Source: Octopus vulgaris (taxonomy: Eukaryota). Taken from it: a stretch of DNA of 64,000 bases. The notes beneath the pieces are model-generated. The model searched no databases and had not been told where the DNA came from. It saw only the letters and a list, made by a program, of their open reading frames with translations. A program made the position numbers and the translations under genes. Within the stretch, counting starts at the first letter, position 1. Every line of letters begins with the position of its first letter. The DNA is taken from NCBI GenBank assembly GCA_951406725.2, contig OX597821.1, positions 35,402,001 through 35,466,000 of the forward strand, given 5' to 3'. Shown here one piece after another: positions 57,001 through 64,000 of this stretch.

Positions 57001-58649
57001 TTGAAGGCGGCAGGTACAAGCCATCGATAGAGCCGAGCTGTTAATTACGTAAAATTCCCCCAAACATGTAGCATGTAAATACATATGCACTTGTCTTGGC
57101 ATACATATGTATGTGTGAGTATATATACATAAAACAAAATATATATATCTGTAAATGTACTGCCTCCAAATATTTACATTTCTACATATATACATGCGTG
57201 ACTACACTGTTCATGTGGAAATTCCAGTGAAGGGGATTTTTATCTAGGTTAGAAACCAGGTCAAGCATGTATATAATGTTGACCTTTTGTAACCAATGAT
57301 CTTTACATAGATCAATTTTACTTGCATTATCAGTAAAAGCGTATATTTTCTTGCTACGTTACCTATAATCATTAAAACTAAGTTGAGTGTTCCGTTTTAT
57401 ACAGAGACAAAATATCAATCTAGTTCAGCTAGATAACGTATGATAATTTGTTCTGCTAGAATTACAGGAAATTCTCAAATTAGTATCGTATCATTGATTC
57501 TTACAATAACAACAAAATAAATACCAGAAATAAAATAGCCTGTAGCAGCTCGACTTCCTCGAGACCCATTGACACAAAGGGCATTGGACAGTTTATCTTG
57601 TCTCTCAAATCACCTTCAGTATTGATATTTATAATGAAATGCTACTGTATGTATGCTTAGTAGCTGCTGAGAGAAGAACTGGAAAGGATTCCGTTTATTA
57701 TCAGCTTCACGAGATAACACAAATGACTAATTGAAACACTAATCGTTGGTTTTTAACCCTTATTGACTCAGAGATTTGATTTCATAAGCTTTAATGGTGG
57801 CTCGTTAATGTCAATGCTATAAAGATAGATAAAAAAAAAGTAGACGTAAATTTAGGAGAGGAATGAAGAAAAATAAAAGAAAATTAATATATACATAGAA
57901 GGTAAGGCGGCATGAAAGATTGTGTTTAAGAAGTTAGTCCGGTTAATAAACTACCTGCAGTTCCCAGCCCACAACGTGACAGTTTATGTATTCTTCAACA
58001 GGTGTTCTAGAGCAGATCTTTGCATTCATTGCAAGTGAAATTTTGCAGAGAACAATAAAACTATGCAGAATCTTGGCGAGTAGACTGTATCACTTCTTGC
58101 AGACTTCGAATAGACTGTATGACTTCCTCAGACTGAATCTAATAATATTTTCTTACACCGTATTGTTTTAAAGTACTTTAGAGACGTTCACTTTGTCTCA
58201 AGCTCTTAGTGTAGCCAACGAGTTATGGTATTTTCCTACGCTTCCGTCTACAACAACACAGTCCTCCTGGGGGAAATAAATAGATATTGCTCTTTCTCCT
58301 CTGAGCAAGATCGAAAGATTTAAAAATAAAACGACAGATATTGTAAAATGAAACAAAGAGAAAATTAAGGCAGTGAGATAGTAATTACACAGAAAAACAA
58401 AATGAAGTTCTTAATAAAACAGTGAAATATGTAATGAGACAGAATATTAAAGGAATAAAAAATACGATACTTATATCAAAAGAAAATTAGATGCACGAAG
58501 CAGAAGAAATTACGTTGAAGGGAGAATTTTCGTCAAACGACCGTTCTAATTAATAAACCAAACGCAGCAAAACGTATCAAAAGGAGAAAATATACATCTA
58601 AGAAGTAAGACAAAACCAAAAAATATAATGTTTGTTTTAAGGTCTCTTG

Positions 58650-58870
58650 GGTGGTAGGCTGACAAAGGTCTTTTAGTTTCGGAAGAAATAATGTCTTGTG
58701 GTCTCTGGCCACATCACATTTTACACTTTGAGTTCAAACACAGAAGTGAATTTTGGCTTTCATCTGTTGGAGTCAATGAAATGAATTTTCCAGTCACCCC
58801 AGGGCTTCAATTAATTATAAAGTCTCTTGAAATTTATTACCTAATAGCAAGTTTAGAAATCAATATTTCT
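58650..58870 (+). mobile_element. Old family B-related SINE
   Basis: TGAGTTCAAAC..TTTTGGCTTTCATCTGTTGGAGTCAATGAAAT. Confidence 0.55.
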
Positions 58871-59023
58871 TATGAGTTGTGGAAATCACCACAAAGGGGA
58901 TTGGAAGCTTTGTTGCAATTATCGCTCACAGACATTTTACTATTCATTTCAAATATATTTTCTGGGATGATCTGGAAACAATAATTACATTGCGGTCCTC
59001 CATTAAGCTCCAACGGGTTAGAC

Positions 59024-59092
<69 letters not shown>

Positions 59093-59254
59093 ACGTGTGT
59101 GTGTGTGTGTTTGCATATGTAAGTGTATAAGTATATATATGCGTTTGGATTTGTATGCATAAACAGACACACGAACATACATACATACATACGTACCTGG
59201 TGGTTGTTTATTCTTTATGCAGAGTCTGCCCATTTCGTGCACTTACACCTTAGA

Positions 59255-59625
59255 TCGATAATGGCGTTTGATATGGCTTTTTAAAGCTGACAATATATTG
59301 AAAAGACACCGTCATAGATTACATATCTGCTTTGGACCACCAAGAGCAGCAGTTAAGTTCTGTTCTTTGTGGAACTTGAAATGTCTTTTGAGGCCTTCGT
59401 TAGATTTGCAGACCTTGTGGCATACACGGCATTGAAAGGTGTGCTCAAATATATTGGCAGAAAAGTTGCTGGAGATTCGTTTTCCAGTGGGGTCTGCAAA
59501 TGAAATTTGAGTCCAGCAAAAGAAAAGCATGATGTGTCACAAACCGTGCGCCCAAAAATTCATTGAGATTCACCTTCTCGGTCACAACATTCTTCTTTAA
59601 ATCTCTTTTGAATCTTGCATGTGTC
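59255..59625 (-). pseudogene. C2H2 zinc-finger-coding remnant, probably an RTE LINE C-terminus
   Basis: FQCRVCHKVCKSNEGLKRHFKFH and a broken second finger ICNL*RCLF..LSALKSHIKRH; no TGEKP linker. Confidence 0.55.
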
Positions 59626-60449
59626 ATACACACATACATTCATACACACAGTTCCAGAATAATTTCAAGTGAGAAACTATTATAACTTAAACAATCAAGC
59701 ATAATATCTAAAAGAAATGGAAAGAAAAAAATATAATTAATGGAAGGATATAATATAAAAAAATATGAAAAGAAATAGATAATAGATAATAGTGCAAAAT
59801 ATTGTTGGTGTTCAGTGCCAGAGGTATTATGAACCATTGCACTGCTGATTCAATGTATCTGAGTCAGTGAATATCATGTCTTGTCTACATAAAAGCTACA
59901 ATATCTTCCCTTATATTTTTATTGTTTTAACTGGAAAGGAATTTCACTACTATTTTTAACAGGTCCTGCGATCACATAGAAGTTTCAGGCGTTGGCTCAA
60001 TAAATGAAATTTTTATTTTCTATTATTTCCGAGTTAGCTTTAAAATTATGACCAACGGCGGTCATACCAGAAGAATAATACAATAATTCGTTATCGAATA
60101 CCACAGAATTAAGATACCATGGGGGTAATACCAATGAAATATGGCTGCTATTTGGAACGGGTTGAGCTACCTTTTTGCATTTAGTGGTATTCGTAAACGT
60201 TGTTGATGACCAGTATCATTTCATCCTTCATGGATAAGCAACGTTGTAAGCAAGACCATCCCATCTTTTTAGGAGTATCTAGTAACTCCATCACTAAAGG
60301 ATTCCCCCATCCCTTTTCAAGATGGTGAGTTGTTTCCTAAGGGAGATTTTTGTGGATATTTTGTAGCAGTTAGCTTGACAATGTAGTTTCTTCTTTGCCC
60401 TTTGAATGAAAATTATATCACAAGGACAATGCAGAAAACAAAGTTTAAT

Positions 60450-60860
60450 CCTTTTTTTTACTTGTTCCAGTCATTACACTACGGCCATGAAGGGGCACCA
60501 CCCTACAGAATTTTCTACTCGAATGAACGGACCCCAGTATTTCTTATTTTTAACCCGGTATTTATTCTATCGGAACACTTTATCCGAACCGCTAAGTTAC
60601 GGGGAGGTAAACACACCAGTAACGCTTGTCAAGCGTTTAGTGGACATGCACAGACGCAAAGACATACACATAAATATACACAAACATACAGACACACATA
60701 AACACGCACACACATACATATAGGATTATTTCAGTTTACATCTACCAAATCCACTCACAAGGCTTTTGACGCTCCATGGTTGTAGTAGAAGACACTTGCC
60801 CAAGATGTCAAACAATGGGACTGAAACATGTGGTTGGGAAGAGAAGCTTCCACGCCTTGG
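60450..60860 (-). mobile_element. Old family A-related SINE
   Basis: CCGAACCGCTAAGTTACGGGG, TCTACCAAATCCACTCACAAGGC, AGAAGACACTTGCCCAAG. Confidence 0.8.
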
Positions 60861-61049
60861 AACAAATAAAAGAACACATGCAAATATATGTATGAAGCGA
60901 CAAGAATTATAATATGAAGAATAAAAGAAAATAAGATGAATAGAAAGATGAAGGAAAAAAACACAACAATGTTTCAAATATTATATTACGATACTTTTCA
61001 AAATTTTGTGACACAGAAACACTATTCAGATCAGGTTGCTGATTTTCAT

Positions 61050-61420
61050 GCCGAGGATGATGGTGACGACGATAATGACGATCATAAAGATGATACTGGT
61101 GGTAGTGTTGATGATGATGCTGATGATGGTATTGGTGGTGGTCATAAGGATGTTGACGATGGGGTCGATGAATATCGTAAAGATACTGATAAACTCCCAA
61201 CATCATCTCGATATAACCCCCCACACAAGGAACATTACTGCCACCACCAGGACAACCACTGCCACTACCACCATCACAACCACCCCCACCTTGACCATCA
61301 CCACCACCACCACCACCACCTTCACCGCCGCCTCCACTGCTTCCGCCGCCTTCATCACCTCCATCGCCACAACCATCATCGTCATTATCCTCGACAGCAC
61401 ATACTTCATCATCACCATTT
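61050..61420. repeat. Degenerate (GAT)n and (CAC)n trinucleotide tracts
   Basis: Low-complexity sequence giving D-rich and H-rich pseudo-ORFs. Confidence 0.85.
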
Positions 61421-61721
61421 CCTTAGTCTATGGCTTGCGAATCTTTTATGCGATAACCGATCTACATTTTTAAAAAGGGAGAGAGAAAACAATCGTAATA
61501 AGCCTAATTAAAACAAGAGCATGATCGGAAACTATTTCAATAGAGATATAACATATCATATTATCGTTGGTGACGTCTCGGTGTCTATGTCGTTATTGAC
61601 TTTACAGTCATGACAATAGTGATGACTACGTGGATTATAATGACGATTACAAAAAATATCAACTTCACAGATATAATACTACTGACAAGAACAACAACGG
61701 CCATCGGTTTTGCTGGAAGAT

Positions 61722-61850
61722 CCAAGTCGATTGGATCGACCCAGTATTCAACTGGTACTTATTGTATCAGCCACGAAAACTGATGAGAGGCAAAATTGAC
61801 CTCGGTGGAATTTCAACTCAGAACGTAAATTTGCCCGGTTCGCCGGTTTA
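61722..61850 (-). mobile_element. SINE family B fragment
   Basis: AGTCGATTGGATCGACCCAGT..ACTGGTACTTATT..GGCAAAATTGACCTCGGTGGAATTTCAACTCAGAACG. Confidence 0.75.
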
Positions 61851-61931
61851 TCAATGAAGATGATGATGATGATGATGATGATAATGACGATAATGATATG
61901 ATGATGATAATGATAAGAATGATAAGAATAA

Positions 61932-62193
61932 GTTAAGTAGTTGTGGTCGATGGAAAAGGTAGTTGTAGTACCAACAATTGTCGGAGCCCTGGGAACAGTG
62001 AGCAAAAATCTCGAGAAGTACGTGGAACAAATAGGGGTTGCAATACGGGTGGAGCACTTGCAGAAAACAGCACTGCTTGGAACCGCTCGAATTCTCCAGA
62101 AGGTGCTCGAAAAATAATAGGTGTTCCCTTAATTCACTGGATGAAGAGCTGACACTGTAGTACATCTCCAGCATTAGAAGCTGTGCAAAAGCA

Positions 62194-62195
<2 letters not shown>
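61932..62195 (+). mobile_element. 5'-truncated R4/Dong-type element ending in (TAA)n
   Basis: LWSMEKVVVVPTIVGALGTVSKNLEKYVEQIGVAIRVEHLQKTALLGTARILQKVLEK* (stop 62115-62117). Confidence 0.88.
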
Positions 62196-62230
<35 letters not shown>

Positions 62231-62316
62231 TAATAATAATAATAATAAGATCATGATGATGGTGATGATGATGATGATGACGATGACGATGATGATGATG
62301 ATGCTGATAATGTTCA

Positions 62317-62420
62317 AGTGTGAATGTAGAACACTTACAAATATCATCATTGCTGGGAACTGCAAGAATTCTTCGCAAGATTCTTAAAGCATGATCAGTA
62401 AACAAGTGTCACCTTAGTCT
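62317..62420 (+). mobile_element. Second short R4/Dong C-terminal fragment
   Basis: SVNVEHLQISSLLGTARILRKILKA* (stop 62392-62394). Confidence 0.8.
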
Positions 62421-63569
62421 TAGCAAAATAAGCTGTCAGTTTTAATATTAGAATAACAATATACCCTGATGGAACACTAGGCATTGGTTCTCATAGATTC
62501 AGATCTTAACTTATAGGAAGTGCTAACAAGTGCATATTTTATCTTGGTATAAGAGATGGGCCACAGGAAATATTATGTTCAATACCATGCATTTGCTTGT
62601 CATTTCCTTGCCCTTACGAGTTAAGCATACTCCTTAATGGCTGATGTTATATGCATCTCTGATCACGAGCAGAAGTAGTAGGTGAGCATCATAACCATGT
62701 GTTAAAAGGGGTTCTATGCAGTTTGAATAAATAAACCCTGGAAACATGTGTGTTTCGTTCATCATCCTTAAACGAGCTTTATTTAGGGACGTTTTGAGAG
62801 GGATAGACTACTAACCGGAAGGAAATTGTAACTAGGTTCCTCCTGTAAAATCATGCACTGTTTTCTTTTGATATGACATCACCAAGTTATGCACATATGG
62901 TTTTGATGTATGTACCTGGTGTACCCTTATCAGATTCATATTCGTTTAGAGAAAGTTGTTTTACACCTATTACACTATTTTTCTTTTGTTTTTTTGCTCG
63001 GGTCAAGCGCTTTAGTTTGACCAATTGCCGTGGGTATATTGGGCTTGGTATACTTATACTCCAGCGTCAGTTTAATGGCGTACACTACTCTCAGTCTCTC
63101 TCTCTCTCTCTCTCTCAATAATAATAATAACAATGGCAACACTACTACTACTACTACTAGTAGTAGTAGTAGCATATAGTGTGCAAAGTATGTGATAACA
63201 TGAATGATGCAGCCTTTCTGATAGAGGATAACCTCACAAGTAGGGCTAATCAATGAAACCTACAGATCCAGAATTAACGTGAAAATAAATGGCACGTGCC
63301 CTCTCTTATGCACTCCAATCTACATGTGCATGCTTAAAGTAGGGCCGTTCACTCTAAACAATTTTTCTACAGTACCCCAACTTCTTTACGAATTCACAGG
63401 GACGTAGCACTTCACTCTTCAACCTCTCTTTTCGTTTCACGTGGGACTTAAAAATGTCAATGGTAGCTTGACCGGAGGGAAAGGTGTCTTTCCTCAATCC
63501 TATGAATCCCAACCACCACATTCATCATAACCACTGCACAGATGAACATCACAAGCTCTGTCTTCTTAA

Positions 63570-63850
63570 TGGTGGATGGTAGAGTGACGTCATGAAGGAT
63601 TCAGCCGATAGTCTAATTCTGCATTTGCAGAAGGCTATCCATCTCTTGTATACCTAGAAGAATTGCTGCCACCAACCACCACATGTTGCTTCCTGGAGGG
63701 ATGTCAACTATTTTGAATTTGACATATTTTCGGCGCCCGTTCAGTTTTCAGAGTTGTCGTTGAGTGTTTAAAGCTGCTTCTTCTGTATGAATCTCACCTC
63801 TACCGTACCATAATGGTTTTAGATTCACCTCATCTAATTTCTTTGGTTTC
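63570..63850 (-). mobile_element. Decayed ORF1-like (L1/Tx1-type?) coding remnant
   Basis: Minus with frameshifts YGTVEVRF.TEEAAL.HSTTTLKTE..RRKYVKFKIVDIPPGSNMWWLVAAILLG; aligns by eye with the ORF inside the Helitron. The ORF1 assignment is inference. Confidence 0.5.
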
Positions 63851-64000
63851 AACACAATTGTTCATAAGTAATCGTTTTATAGTTTGTCTGCTGTTGGACA
63901 GATTTTTAATTTTATGCGTCTTACTTGTGTCCACAACATTCATTTTCTCTGTTTTAATGCTTCTGCAGTGTAATAATTTCTTCTTTCATTCGGTGGACAA

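Noticed and set aside
57986-58171. 61-aa ORF after a good acceptor (TTCAACAG)
   Set aside because: No homology recognised, contains a small tandem duplication, and its phase does not fit the 43921 donor.
60936-61511. 191-aa Asp/His-rich ORF suggestive of a metal-binding or beak-type protein
   Set aside because: Built from degenerate GAT and CAC trinucleotide tracts that are open in several frames; no signal peptide or splice support.
62490-63118. Probable interspersed repeat ending at (TAA)n
   Set aside because: Single copy in the window with no diagnostic motif, so it cannot be classified from sequence alone.

Overview
AT-rich eukaryotic DNA made almost entirely of microsatellites and transposable-element remnants. 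The SINE families and repeat landscape look like an octopus/coleoid cephalopod genome (inference). I see no intact, recognisable host gene, and nearly all listed ORFs are artefacts of simple repeats or TE fragments. Recognisable content: several tRNA-derived SINE families with swapped heads and tails; LINE remnants (CR1-like, RTE, R4/Dong, L1/Tx1-like ORF1); Penelope-like RT remnants; Tc1 and mariner relics; an hAT-type MITE; and a complete non-autonomous Helitron carrying a captured ORF fragment. Possible host traces are a decayed coiled-coil exon set (13.7-14.4 kb) and a candidate first exon (43.4-43.9 kb). The most interesting signal is a set of type I hammerhead ribozyme (HHR) motifs in short non-coding elements. 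Two have intact-looking cores, several sit beside fold-back hairpins, and one is fused behind a tRNA-derived Pol III head (7166-7456), suggesting a ribozyme-bearing, possibly Penelope-mobilised SINE. All calls come from reading by eye; no database search was run, and boundaries of decayed elements are approximate.
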